Positions 55,875-64,000 of a stretch of DNA of 64,000 bases are shown in pieces; position 1 is the first letter of the stretch, and the number at the start of each line of letters is the position of its first letter. The notes beneath the pieces are model-generated. The model did no database searches, was not told where the DNA came from, and was given only the letters and a program-made list of their open reading frames with translations. The stretch is from Patescibacteria group bacterium (lineage in GTDB: Bacteria; Patescibacteriota; Minisyncoccia; UBA6257; UBA9933): positions 11,980 through 75,979 of the forward strand of contig JASEIG010000002.1 of NCBI GenBank assembly GCA_030017615.1, read 5' to 3'. Position numbers and translations under genes: made by a program.

Positions 55875-56882
55875 TTATACGATTAATACTTCTTTGCTTT
55901 TATCTTCCAGTTGCACTTTTACAAATCCTAAAGCCAGCATAATCTCGTAAAGTATAAACGCAAAAAAAGAAATAACAAGCCTAATCGGTAAAGACAATGT
56001 TTCTATAAAAATAAAAATTAAAGCGCCGATTAAAAGAAAGACAAAATTTTTAGACTGGCCCGACAAATTTAAAAATTTTTCCTTTATAATATCGTAAATC
56101 CATTTTGATATTGTTGACTTTTCGTTAATAGACATTCCGAAATAATCGGAAAATTGCTTATAAAATCCCAATGCCGCCTGATTTACAATAACTTGTTTTT
56201 CGCGAGCGGATAAAAACCGCGCTTCCGGCAACTCGTTTATTTTTGCTTCGGCGGCTTTGCGCGCGGCTTCTTCAAATGTCATTGACGGACTAACACCCGG
56301 AAAAAAATTTTGTATGATTATTTCACCGGATTTAACGATATTTTCAAATATTGAAAACGGCAAAGGAAAATCCTGTTTAGAACCGTTTAAAAAAGACGGA
56401 ATAGTAATACTTATCGCTAATGATATAGCTAACACTCCTTTTGGCAATACCGCTTTTGAAACATTCCAAAAACTGATTTTAAGATTATTATCAATTATTT
56501 TGCGGCCCGCCGAATATCCGAAATAAAGGCATAAAAAAAGAAACGCGAAGAAAAACAGGAAATACATTAAAATATCGGCAATAAAAGAAATAATAGCCAT
56601 GCTTTCCAAAAAAATCACAAAAGCGGCTTTCTTATTTTCTTTGGTAAAAAAAACCTGAAACAAAAAAACGATAAGAAAAAAAATACCGGACAACGCGCCG
56701 TATAAAGCAAAATTCCAATCTCCCGATTTTAAAGACTGATTCAAAAACCAGCTGAATAATCCTGCCGATAGAATCCCAAAAAACCAAAGCGAAATAATTT
56801 TTAACGCCGAAGAATTGCTCCCGTTCCCTCCAAAAACATTTTTGTGGCTAATCAAATCAGTTTCCATAAAACGGATAATCAA
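55875..56882 (-). CDS. hypothetical polytopic membrane protein inserted between dnaK and dnaJ
   Basis: ORF only. Confidence 0.4.
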   Translation of the reverse strand: MIIRFMETDLISHKNVFGGNGSNSSALKIISLWFFGILSAGLFSWFLNQSLKSGDWNFALYGALSGIFFLIVFLFQVFFTKENKKAAFVIFLESMAIISFIADILMYFLFFFAFLFLCLYFGYSAGRKIIDNNLKISFWNVSKAVLPKGVLAISLAISITIPSFLNGSKQDFPLPFSIFENIVKSGEIIIQNFFPGVSPSMTFEEAARKAAEAKINELPEARFLSAREKQVIVNQAALGFYKQFSDYFGMSINEKSTISKWIYDIIKEKFLNLSGQSKNFVFLLIGALIFIFIETLSLPIRLVISFFAFILYEIMLALGFVKVQLEDKSKEVLIV

Positions 56883-56952
56883 AAATTAGAAAACAAAAAA
56901 CAATTTGGAGTAATTTTCCAGCCAATTACTTAACACACTGACAAATTATCAA

Positions 56953-58776
56953 TTATTCTTTTTTGTCTTCCCCTTGCTGTTGATTATACATCGACTGGCC
57001 GATTTTTTGAAGTTCTTGCGACAATTCCTCGGTCCTTGACTTCATCAGGCCGATATCCTCTCCGTCTTTTGCGGATTTAAGGTCGGAAATTTTTTGATTT
57101 ACCGCGTCTTTGATTTCTTGCGCAACTTTGTCGCCGGCATCGCGTAAAGATTTTTCGGCGACATAAATTAATTGTTCGGCTTGGTTTTTAGTTTCCGCCA
57201 ATTCTTTTTTCTTTTTGTCTTCTTCCGCATGAACTACCGCTTCCTGTTTTAATTTTTCAATTTCGTCTTTTGAAAGCTGTGTTGACGCTTGTATTTTCAC
57301 GGATTGGATTTTCCCGGAAGCTTTGTCTTTGGCGGACACGCTTAATATCCCGTTTGCGTCTATATCAAAAGAAACCTCAACTTGCGGAATTCCGCGCGGA
57401 GCGGGCGGAATTCCGTCAAGAATAAATTTTCCCAAAGTTTTATTGTCCACAGCCATAGGTCGTTCCCCTTGTAAAATATGAATTTCAACGGAAGTCTGGT
57501 TATCGGCGGCAGTGGAAAAAATTTGCGATTTTGAAGTGGGAATGGTTGTGTTTTTTTCAATTAAAGGAGTATAAACTCCGCCAAAAGTTTCAATTCCAAA
57601 TGAAAGCGGAATAACGTCTAAAAGCAAAACATCTTTTACGTCGCCTTGAAAAATTCCCGCCTGAACAGCGGCGCCGATTGAAACAACCTCGTCGGGATTA
57701 ATTCCCTTGTGCGGCTCTTTCCCAAAAAGATTTTTCACCGATTCCTGTACTTTCGGCATTCTGGTTTGTCCTCCGACCAAAACAACTTCATTAATGTCGG
57801 AAATTTGCAGTCCCGCGTCTTTAACTATTTTTTCGGTAATTTCAACCGACTTCTTAATGTATTCTTCCACCAACTCTTCCAATTTGGCTCTCGTTATTTT
57901 CATAATAAAATGTTTCGGGCCGCTGGCGTCGGAAGTTATATAAGGAAGATTGATTTCAGTTTCAAAAGTCGTGGAAAGTTCGTGTTTTGCCCTTTCGGCG
58001 GTTTCCTTTAATCTTTGTAAGGCAAGCGGGTCTTTTGAAAGGTCTATGCCTTCCGTTTTTTTGTATTCTGAAACAAGAAATTCAATTATTTTTTTGTCAA
58101 AGTCGTCTCCGCCTAAATGAGTGTCGCCGCCGGTTGATTTTACTTCAACAACATCGTCTCCAATTTCCAAAACGGAAACGTCAAAAGTCCCTCCTCCAAG
58201 GTCGTAAACGACTATTTTTTCGTTTTTCTGTTTATTAAGTCCGTAAGCCAGCGCGGCGGCAGTCGGCTCGTTGATTATTCTTTTGACTTTAAACCCGGCA
58301 ATTTCGCCCGCGTTCTTGGTCGCCTGCCTCTGCGAATCGTCAAAATAAGCCGGCACCGTAATAACCGCTTCTTCAATGGTTTCTCCCAATTTTGCTTCGG
58401 CATCGGCTTTCAGTTTGGCTAAAATCATAGCTGAAATTTCTTCGGGCGTATACCATTTTTCGCCCATTTCTATCTCAACTCCGCCGTTTGAAGCTGATCT
58501 TATTTCATACGGAAGCCAATTCTTGTCCTGTTGGATTTCAGAATCGCTGAATTTTCTTCCAATTAATCTTTTGGCCGAGAATATTGTGTTTTTCGGGTTT
58601 ACAACCGCTTGTCTTTTGGCAAGAAGCCCCACGAGTCTTTCATTGGCTTTGCTGATTGCGACAATGGAAGGAGTGGTTCTCGCTCCCTCGTGGTTTTCCA
58701 AAACTTTCGGTTCTCCGCCTTCGTTAACCGCCATAGCGGAGTTGGTTGTTCCTAAATCTATTCCTAAAATTTTCAT
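56953..58776 (-). CDS. dnaK: chaperone DnaK (Hsp70)
   Basis: [18 protein letters not shown] and full Hsp70 architecture. Confidence 0.95.
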   Translation of the reverse strand: MKILGIDLGTTNSAMAVNEGGEPKVLENHEGARTTPSIVAISKANERLVGLLAKRQAVVNPKNTIFSAKRLIGRKFSDSEIQQDKNWLPYEIRSASNGGVEIEMGEKWYTPEEISAMILAKLKADAEAKLGETIEEAVITVPAYFDDSQRQATKNAGEIAGFKVKRIINEPTAAALAYGLNKQKNEKIVVYDLGGGTFDVSVLEIGDDVVEVKSTGGDTHLGGDDFDKKIIEFLVSEYKKTEGIDLSKDPLALQRLKETAERAKHELSTTFETEINLPYITSDASGPKHFIMKITRAKLEELVEEYIKKSVEITEKIVKDAGLQISDINEVVLVGGQTRMPKVQESVKNLFGKEPHKGINPDEVVSIGAAVQAGIFQGDVKDVLLLDVIPLSFGIETFGGVYTPLIEKNTTIPTSKSQIFSTAADNQTSVEIHILQGERPMAVDNKTLGKFILDGIPPAPRGIPQVEVSFDIDANGILSVSAKDKASGKIQSVKIQASTQLSKDEIEKLKQEAVVHAEEDKKKKELAETKNQAEQLIYVAEKSLRDAGDKVAQEIKDAVNQKISDLKSAKDGEDIGLMKSRTEELSQELQKIGQSMYNQQQGEDKKE

Positions 58777-58869
58777 AAAATTATTTGTAATTAGGTAATT
58801 GCGTAATTGGGTAATTAATTGCGCTTCCGACTTGTTTGCTTAATTACTTAAATTACTAAAATTACTAAA

Positions 58870-59406
58870 TTATTTTGCTATTTTTACGCGGCTCGGTCTG
58901 ATAACCTTGCCGTTTAATATATAACCTTTCTCTATTTCTTCAACTATGATTCCGGAAGGATAATCTGATTCAACTTCCGCAACCGCTTCATGGATAGAAG
59001 GGTCAAAATTTTGCCCTTCCGACACGGATAATTTTTCCAATCCGCAATTTTTCAAAATATCTTCAAGCTGGGATTTTATAAGATACACGCCTTTCAAATC
59101 TGAACTAAATTGTTTTTTATGCGCGTCATCCCGCGCTTGCTCCGTGTTATCTCGCGGTTGACTCTCTAAAGCCAAAATAGCAAAACTAAAACTGTCAAGA
59201 ACCGTTATTAAATCCCTGATTAACGATTCATTTGAAAACTTGGCAATCAACTCAAATCTTTTCATTTCATCTTTTTTGTAATTAATCAGTTCGGCTCTGG
59301 CTCTTTGCCACCCATCCAAGTATTCGTCTCTTTCTTTTTTTATTTTTAAAAACTCACCGTCGGACTGGGAGTTATTGTTTTCATTTAAGTCGTCGTTATT
59401 CGGCAT
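58870..59406 (-). CDS. grpE: nucleotide exchange factor GrpE
   Basis: Coiled-coil plus C-terminal beta domain (GKVIRPSRVKI). Confidence 0.8.
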   Translation of the reverse strand: MPNNDDLNENNNSQSDGEFLKIKKERDEYLDGWQRARAELINYKKDEMKRFELIAKFSNESLIRDLITVLDSFSFAILALESQPRDNTEQARDDAHKKQFSSDLKGVYLIKSQLEDILKNCGLEKLSVSEGQNFDPSIHEAVAEVESDYPSGIIVEEIEKGYILNGKVIRPSRVKIAK

Positions 59407-59607
59407 TTTAAAATATACCCGCTCGCGTCCGCTTATTTTAAAAACTCGCTGGATACGCGAGAAAAGTAAACAAACGCAAAGTGAAAATTAAATTAAGTGT
59501 TGTTTTATTCATTCTTATTATAAAAAATAGCTTGTTTATGTCAAGCGCGGTTTCCATGTATTACTATCGCGCTAAATATTATAACGCTTTATTGTTATAA
59601 TTAGAAT

Positions 59608-61005
59608 ATGAAATTAGCGATTATTTCAGGCATTTTGGGAATTTTAGCTTTCTTGCCTTTTCAATATCTGTTTATATTCGGATTTTTTTATTTGGTTCCC
59701 TTTTTTGTTTTTCTCGTTAAAGAAGAAAAATTACGGCGGCTTATCGCTGGTTCTTTAATTTTTAAAATAATATTTTGTCTCGGCGCGGTATATTATACGC
59801 TTGAGCCGATTACATGGGTTTGTTCTGTAATTATTTTTTTAGGGTTACCGCTGTCTGTTTTCGCGCTCAAAAAAGTAAGGTTTTTTCGCGAAAATTATAT
59901 TGCTGTTCTCGCGTTCATTCCCGTCTTATGGACATTTTGGGATTTAACGGAAGCGAGTTTTTCTCCGATGCCCGCTTACATAATCACATTGGGAAACGTT
60001 TTCGGACACTCCCCTTTTCTCGGACTTGCGGGATTTCACGGATTTGTCGGATTAACTTTTTTTGGAGCGGCGGTTAATACCCTGTTCGCGCTTTACTTTT
60101 TTATACCCCGCAAAAAATATCTTCAAAATTCCGCTATTATTATAATAATTATTATTTTTGCGCTGGCGTTTTCGCAATGGCGCCTCCATAAAAACCGTTT
60201 AGATTACAATAGTGGGAAAAACACTTTAAACATCGCTTCAATTTCAGTAAATGAAAAATTCAGTCCGCCTGATTTTGAAAAATTAAGAAAAGAACTGCAA
60301 TCAAACAACGCGGATTTAATAATTCTCCCCGAGGACATTTTAAACGCCGCCGGAACCGATTATACAAATAAAAATTTTTTCGTTATGCGCGATTTGGCTA
60401 AAAACACCCGAATCAATTTGCTTGCTAATTTTGATATTTTTGAAAATCCCGATTTAGAAAACCGAAAAATATTTAACTCAACTTTTTTATTTGACAAAGA
60501 CGGAACGGTTTCCGATATGCGAAATAAAAAGCGGCTGACTTTCATCGGAGAATATTGGCCTTTCGGAAACTGGCGCCCCTTTTTCTTTGACTGGACGCTG
60601 ACAACCAATCCTGAATATAAAAATTACGCCGTTTTCAGCCATATAAATTATTCACAGGGAAAAGAAAAAAATCTGACCTTAAAAACAAACGATAAAACAA
60701 TTAATTTCTCATCTTTAATATGTTTGGAAATACATTATCCGCAAGACGTGAAAAAACGAAAAAAAGACGGCGCGTCTTTTATCGTCAATTCATCCAGTAA
60801 TAGGTGGATTGATATCGGAACAAAACATTTCCTTTATCTATCCGAGGGATTGAAAAAAATAGAATCCGTGTGGCTTAATATCCCCGTCATATCAAGCGGA
60901 GTGAATGATTACGCCGGAATAATAACCCCCGACGGGGAAAATTATTCTTATGATTTTAATTCTGAAAATAATTTTACAATTTTTTATGGAAAAATTAATT
61001 ACTGA
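59608..61005 (+). CDS. lnt: apolipoprotein N-acyltransferase-like protein (membrane domain plus CN-hydrolase domain)
   Basis: N-terminal TM helices; nitrilase-fold triad candidates E (LIILPED), K (NKKRLTFIGEYWPF), C (SLICLEIHYP). Confidence 0.6.
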   Translation: MKLAIISGILGILAFLPFQYLFIFGFFYLVPFFVFLVKEEKLRRLIAGSLIFKIIFCLGAVYYTLEPITWVCSVIIFLGLPLSVFALKKVRFFRENYIAVLAFIPVLWTFWDLTEASFSPMPAYIITLGNVFGHSPFLGLAGFHGFVGLTFFGAAVNTLFALYFFIPRKKYLQNSAIIIIIIIFALAFSQWRLHKNRLDYNSGKNTLNIASISVNEKFSPPDFEKLRKELQSNNADLIILPEDILNAAGTDYTNKNFFVMRDLAKNTRINLLANFDIFENPDLENRKIFNSTFLFDKDGTVSDMRNKKRLTFIGEYWPFGNWRPFFFDWTLTTNPEYKNYAVFSHINYSQGKEKNLTLKTNDKTINFSSLICLEIHYPQDVKKRKKDGASFIVNSSSNRWIDIGTKHFLYLSEGLKKIESVWLNIPVISSGVNDYAGIITPDGENYSYDFNSENNFTIFYGKINY

Positions 61006-61069
61006 TAACTGATAAAATGTTGCAAAAACTGTCTTTGACGTGTTATTTTTATGAAAGGAAAATTTTAAA

Positions 61070-61140
61070 GGGCCTGTAGTATAACGGTAACACGTATCCA
61101 TGGCATGGATAAGTTAGGGGTTCGATTCCCCTCAGGTCCA
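61070..61140 (+). tRNA. tRNA-Ala (anticodon GGC), G3:U70 present, discriminator A73, CCA not encoded
   Basis: Hand-folded cloverleaf: acceptor GGGCCTG/CAGGTCC, anticodon stem TATCC/GGATA, loop ATGGCAT, T-arm AGGGG-TTCGATT-CCCCT. Confidence 0.8.
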
Positions 61141-61154
61141 CTAACTAATTTTAG

Positions 61155-61228
61155 GGGCCTATAGTTAAGTGGTATAACACCTCATTTGCAATGAGGAGGC
61201 GGCAGTCCGATTCTGCCTAGGTCCACCA
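61155..61228 (+). tRNA. tRNA-Ala (anticodon TGC), G3:U70, CCA encoded
   Basis: Acceptor GGGCCTA/TAGGTCC, D GTTA/TAAC, anticodon stem CCTCA/TGAGG, loop TTTGCAA, T-arm GGCAG-TCCGATT-CTGCC. Confidence 0.85.
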
Positions 61229-61297
61229 AAAAAATTTAGTTATTGTTATAATTATAATTACTTTATAGTTAATGATCAGTTATAAGTTAGTTTTATT

Positions 61298-61324
61298 GGA
61301 GGAGTGCCTGAGTGGTTATGGAAT
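61298..61324 (+). other. truncated 5' fragment of a class-II (Ser/Leu-like) tRNA: GGAGGAG-TG-CCT-GAGTGGTTAT-GGAAT
   Basis: Resembles acceptor 5' strand plus D-arm of tRNA-Ser; no 3' half follows. Confidence 0.4.
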
Positions 61325-61364
61325 TATAATAGAGATGTTTTTAAATGTATTTTCCCGAAATTTT

Positions 61365-61373
61365 ATGGTATAC
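61365..61373 (+). promoter_or_regulatory. extended -10 TGGTATACT immediately upstream of the second tRNA-Ser-like fragment and the HNH GTG start
   Basis: Motif read directly; one nucleotide separates it from the tRNA-like +1. Confidence 0.45.
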
Positions 61374-61374
61374 T

Positions 61375-61391
61375 GGATGAGTGGCCGAGAG
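61375..61391 (+). other. second truncated tRNA-Ser-like 5' fragment GGATGAG-TG-GCC-GAGAG (matches the 5' end of a bacterial tRNA-Ser as recalled from memory); the HNH GTG start codon lies inside it
   Basis: Strong match to the acceptor 5' strand + U8 G9 + D-stem GCC + GAGAG D-loop start; diverges after about position 17. Confidence 0.45.
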
Positions 61392-61857
61392 ATATAAAAG
61401 AAATCCAAATACTAAATGTGTAGTTTGTAATAATCCTATATATAGAAGACCTTATGAAATAAAAAGGAACAACGGGCGAGTTTTTTGCGGTATGACTTGC
61501 TATGGAGTTGCTTGCAGAAAAGAAATTTCTTGTGTTGTTTGTTCCACACCAATTTTATCTAGATTAAATAAAAAAACTTGCAGTAAAAGTTGCGCAAATA
61601 AATTTAGGGATGGTATCCGATATAAAATTAATAGCCCGCGAGATAAAGTTAAAAGCCAGAGAAGTTTGAAAATAAGGTTGTTAAATCAACGAGGTAAAAA
61701 CTGCGAAAGATGCGGATATGGTAAATTTGAAATTCTACAAGTGCATCACAAAAATAGAAACAGAGAAAATAATAAACTAGACAATTTAGAATTAATCTGC
61801 CCGAATTGTCATGCGGAAAAGCACTATCTAGAAAATAGTTGGCTCAATAACAAATAA
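61381..61857 (+). CDS. HNH endonuclease with N-terminal CxxC zinc-finger repeats
   Basis: Four CxxC pairs, then an HNH core containing the His pair HH and the C-terminal motif CPNCHAEKH. Confidence 0.8.
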   Translation: MAERYKRNPNTKCVVCNNPIYRRPYEIKRNNGRVFCGMTCYGVACRKEISCVVCSTPILSRLNKKTCSKSCANKFRDGIRYKINSPRDKVKSQRSLKIRLLNQRGKNCERCGYGKFEILQVHHKNRNRENNKLDNLELICPNCHAEKHYLENSWLNNK

Positions 61858-61885
61858 CAAATAAATTAACTATTTGTGGAGTTAT

Positions 61886-61973
61886 GGAGGGTTGCGCCGA
61901 ATGGTAAGGCACCAGTCTTGAAAACTGGGGCTCCGAAAGGGGCTTAGAGGTTCGAGTCCTCTACCCTCCGCCA
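61886..61973 (+). tRNA. tRNA-Ser (anticodon TGA), long variable arm, CCA encoded
   Basis: Acceptor GGAGGGT/ACCCTCC, anticodon stem CCAGT/ACTGG, loop CTTGAAA, T-arm AGAGG-TTCGAGT-CCTCT, discriminator G. Confidence 0.85.
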
Positions 61974-62006
61974 GTCAGGAAATGAAATTATTAACAATAA
62001 TAGTTG

Positions 62007-62079
62007 CGGCCCCAAGGGGAATTGAACCCCTGTTTTCAGGATGAGAACCTGATGTCCTGGTCCACTAGACGATAGGGCC
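62007..62079 (-). tRNA. tRNA-Glu (anticodon CTC), no encoded CCA
   Basis: Reverse complement GGCCCTATCGTCTAGTGGACCAGGACATCAGGTTCTCATCCTGAAAACAGGGGTTCAATTCCCCTTGGGGCCG closely parallels the tRNA-Glu architecture (TCGTCTAG...AGGAC D-arm); anticodon loop TTCTCAT. Confidence 0.8.
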
Positions 62080-62235
62080 ATTCCTCACCTTAGGTGGCAT
62101 TTTAACGCCTGCCTCAGGTGCGGAACTTAGCCACTCTGGTCGGAGTAATGGCTAATTCCTGTTATTTATCATATTTTACTTTCTCAATCAATTCTTCTGT
62201 TGTAAGCCGTTAGTTATTGGTTGTAGGTTTATTAA

Positions 62236-63627
62236 TCACATCTTCCGTATCTCCTCAACAACCTTATCCAATCCAATCGCGCGCGAAGCTTTAACCAAAA
62301 TCAAATCTCCCGGCCTTGATAAATCTTGTATTGTTTTTAATGATTCATTTACGGTATCAAAAGAAAACACGCTACTGTATGACATTCCGTTCAATTTTGC
62401 TTTTTCAGCGATAAATTTTCCTCTCGGTCCGACAGTTATCAAAATATCGGCAACTTCGCGAACCATTTTCCCCGCATCTTCGTGCGCTTCAATTGAATAT
62501 TTCCCAAGTTCAAGCATATCGCCCAGAACCGCAATTTTCCTTTCCGATTCTAAATCGCCTAAAGTCATCAACGCTTCTTTTATTGAAAGCGGCGACGCGT
62601 TATAACTGTCGTCTATTATCCAAGTTTCTTTTATCCCTTCAATCAAATTCATTCGTTGTTTCGCGGGAATATAATGCCTTTCAATAAGTTCCGCAATTTC
62701 CACTAAATTCAGTCCATAAATCGTCCCTATGGCAAAAGCCGAGGCAACACTGTACGCCTGCGCCTTCCCAAAAACATTTTTCAAATTCACCGGCACAAAA
62801 CTTCCTTTATATTCTATTTTAAAAGAAATCCCTCCCGGCCTGACCTGCCTTGAGCTTGCTCGCCCCGCCATGGCGATGACCGAAGAGACTTGTTCTGAAT
62901 TTACCGAAGGAGCTTGTCCTAAGCTTGTTAAAGGAACGGAATAATTTTCAAAATTGGAAATTTTCATATCAGCCTCTTCGTTAAATCCGAAAGTTATCGC
63001 TTGCGCTCCGGTTTTATCTTTCATTTTCATAACCATTTCATCGTCGCAATTCAAAACCGCAAAACCGCTTGACGGCAAAGCTTCCACTATTTTTAACTTT
63101 TCCTTAACCACATCTTCCACATCGTCATAAAATTCCACATGGACTGGAATGTCCCCGATTGCGGTAATTATACCCAATTTCGGTTTCGCTATTTTAAGCA
63201 GATATTTTATATCGCCGGGCCTGTCGGCTCCGAATTCCAAAATTATAATTCGCGGGTATTTTCTATTTCTGAAAATAATTTCAAAAATTCCGGTTAAAAT
63301 AACTTTCAGCCAAAAAAATGTTTTTTGGATTTTTTTTGTGTTTTTCGGCTGTCCACGGCTTACTAATTTTAAATCGCTTTCCGCCCAATCTCCGATTATC
63401 GTCAAAGGTACTCCTAATTCATTGTTAAAATTCCCTTCTGAACTTCTCACGCACAACTCCATTTTATCAATCAGGGTCAAATGATTCATATTGGACAAAA
63501 CTGAAAAAATAGTTCTTTTAGCCGAAGTTTTTCCCACACTTCCCGTAACAGCAATAATTTCCGGCCGATATTTTCGTATAATTGCTTTTGATAATACTTT
63601 TAAAATTTTCTGTAAAATAATAATCAT
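62236..63627 (-). CDS. murF: UDP-N-acetylmuramoyl-tripeptide--D-alanyl-D-alanine ligase
   Basis: Mur-ligase P-loop TGSVGKTS, central and C-terminal Mur ligase domains; directly downstream of ftsI. Confidence 0.85.
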   Translation of the reverse strand: MIIILQKILKVLSKAIIRKYRPEIIAVTGSVGKTSAKRTIFSVLSNMNHLTLIDKMELCVRSSEGNFNNELGVPLTIIGDWAESDLKLVSRGQPKNTKKIQKTFFWLKVILTGIFEIIFRNRKYPRIIILEFGADRPGDIKYLLKIAKPKLGIITAIGDIPVHVEFYDDVEDVVKEKLKIVEALPSSGFAVLNCDDEMVMKMKDKTGAQAITFGFNEEADMKISNFENYSVPLTSLGQAPSVNSEQVSSVIAMAGRASSRQVRPGGISFKIEYKGSFVPVNLKNVFGKAQAYSVASAFAIGTIYGLNLVEIAELIERHYIPAKQRMNLIEGIKETWIIDDSYNASPLSIKEALMTLGDLESERKIAVLGDMLELGKYSIEAHEDAGKMVREVADILITVGPRGKFIAEKAKLNGMSYSSVFSFDTVNESLKTIQDLSRPGDLILVKASRAIGLDKVVEEIRKM

Positions 63628-63648
63628 TTTGTTATTTGTTATTAGTTA

Positions 63649-64000
63649 TTAGTTACTCATTCTATCCGGCGATATATTGTAATAATTCAACAAAAATTGG
63701 GCAAGCTCGCGAAAAGCGGGAACAACAGTTTGACCCGCAAGCGGTGTTCCTTTCGGCTTTTCCAGTTTTATAAGAATTGAAAATTTCGGATTGTATGCGG
63801 GCGCGAATCCAACATAAGTATTTATAACTCTATCCGTATAACCGCCGGTTTGAAAATTGGGTATAAAAGCCGTGCCGGTTTTACCGGCAATATTATAGTT
63901 GGGAATATCCGCCAACACGTTTTTTTTCACCGCCGAAACCATCATTTGCGTTACTTTGCGCGCCGTGTCTTCCGAAATAACTCTTCTTATCATTTCAGAT
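63649..64000 (-). CDS. ftsI: penicillin-binding protein (FtsI/PBP2-like transpeptidase), 3' portion only; gene continues beyond the window end
   Basis: KTGTA motif (AGKTGTA) and C-terminal transpeptidase region; frame open to the window edge. Confidence 0.75.
   Translation of the reverse strand, partial: SEMIRRVISEDTARKVTQMMVSAVKKNVLADIPNYNIAGKTGTAFIPNFQTGGYTDRVINTYVGFAPAYNPKFSILIKLEKPKGTPLAGQTVVPAFRELAQFLLNYYNISPDRMSN

Noticed and set aside
61298-61391. Group I intron-containing tRNA explaining the tRNA fragments plus HNH gene
   Set aside because: No matching 3' tRNA half (acceptor complement CTCCTCC or CTCATCC with T-arm) follows the HNH ORF. The fragments break in the D-arm rather than the anticodon loop where tRNA group I introns insert. 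The downstream tRNA-Ser(UGA) is complete on its own.
62080-62165. Additional minus-strand tRNA immediately upstream of tRNA-Glu
   Set aside because: Hand-folding found no acceptor/T-arm combination (no GTTC-R-A-N-Y-C T-loop with a complementary 7-bp acceptor); kept only as a possible ncRNA finding.
1-64000. CRISPR arrays, integrases, transposases, toxin-antitoxin pairs
   Set aside because: I scanned for regularly spaced direct repeats and for integrase/transposase/relaxase-like ORFs and found none. The only repeat structures are protein-coding tandem repeats and terminator palindromes.

Overview
Low-GC (roughly 33-35% by eye), gene-dense bacterial window of about 85 features: roughly 60 protein-coding genes, six tRNAs and several terminators and promoters. 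Gene content looks like a Candidate Phyla Radiation / Patescibacteria-type genome. That placement is an inference from the missing L30 in the S8-L6-L18-S5-L15-secY block, a C-terminally truncated AlaRS, a class-I LysRS, a lone rpmA, and many small membrane or surface proteins of unknown function.

Core content:
- 5' part (+ strand): end of the ribosomal spc operon (rpsH partial, rplF, rplR, rpsE, rplO, secY), then adk-map after a strong terminator, a GT2 glycosyltransferase, greA, class-I lysS, and the dnaG-rpoD pair.
- alaS is followed by tRNA-Asn and a roughly 1.4 kb, visibly GC-richer island that carries a TspO gene killed by four nonsense codons sitting exactly at Trp positions.
- Middle: FKBP, typA, an RRM RNA-binding protein, a frameshifted PspC-domain gene, a SIMPL-family periplasmic protein, ctpA, rplI, rpmA, and a convergent pair of nuclease genes.
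- Minus-strand block: EnvC-like M23 peptidase, gltX, a secreted Cys-rich tandem-repeat protein, murG, ftsW, a degenerate amidohydrolase, UDG, secA, hpf.
- A frameshifted tgt, then a five-gene minus-strand cluster of surface / giant membrane proteins (45.9-53.2 kb), pcm, and grpE-dnaK-(membrane ORF)-dnaJ.
- 3' end: lnt-like gene, a tRNA cluster (Ala-GGC, Ala-UGC, Ser-UGA, Glu-CUC on minus), murF, and a 3' fragment of ftsI/PBP. An HNH endonuclease ORF in the tRNA cluster begins inside a truncated tRNA-Ser-like fragment and appears to reuse that tRNA's promoter.

Most interesting candidates for something new: (i) the tRNA-Asn-adjacent island with the Trp-codon-specific nonsense pattern in TspO; (ii) the HNH / tRNA-fragment arrangement; (iii) the 45.9-53.2 kb surface-protein cluster; (iv) the Cys-rich repeat protein; (v) the lysine-rich N-terminal extension on RpoD.

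No CRISPR array, integrase or transposase was seen. Two single-base frameshifts (pspC-like, tgt) sit at short homopolymers and may be sequencing artefacts.
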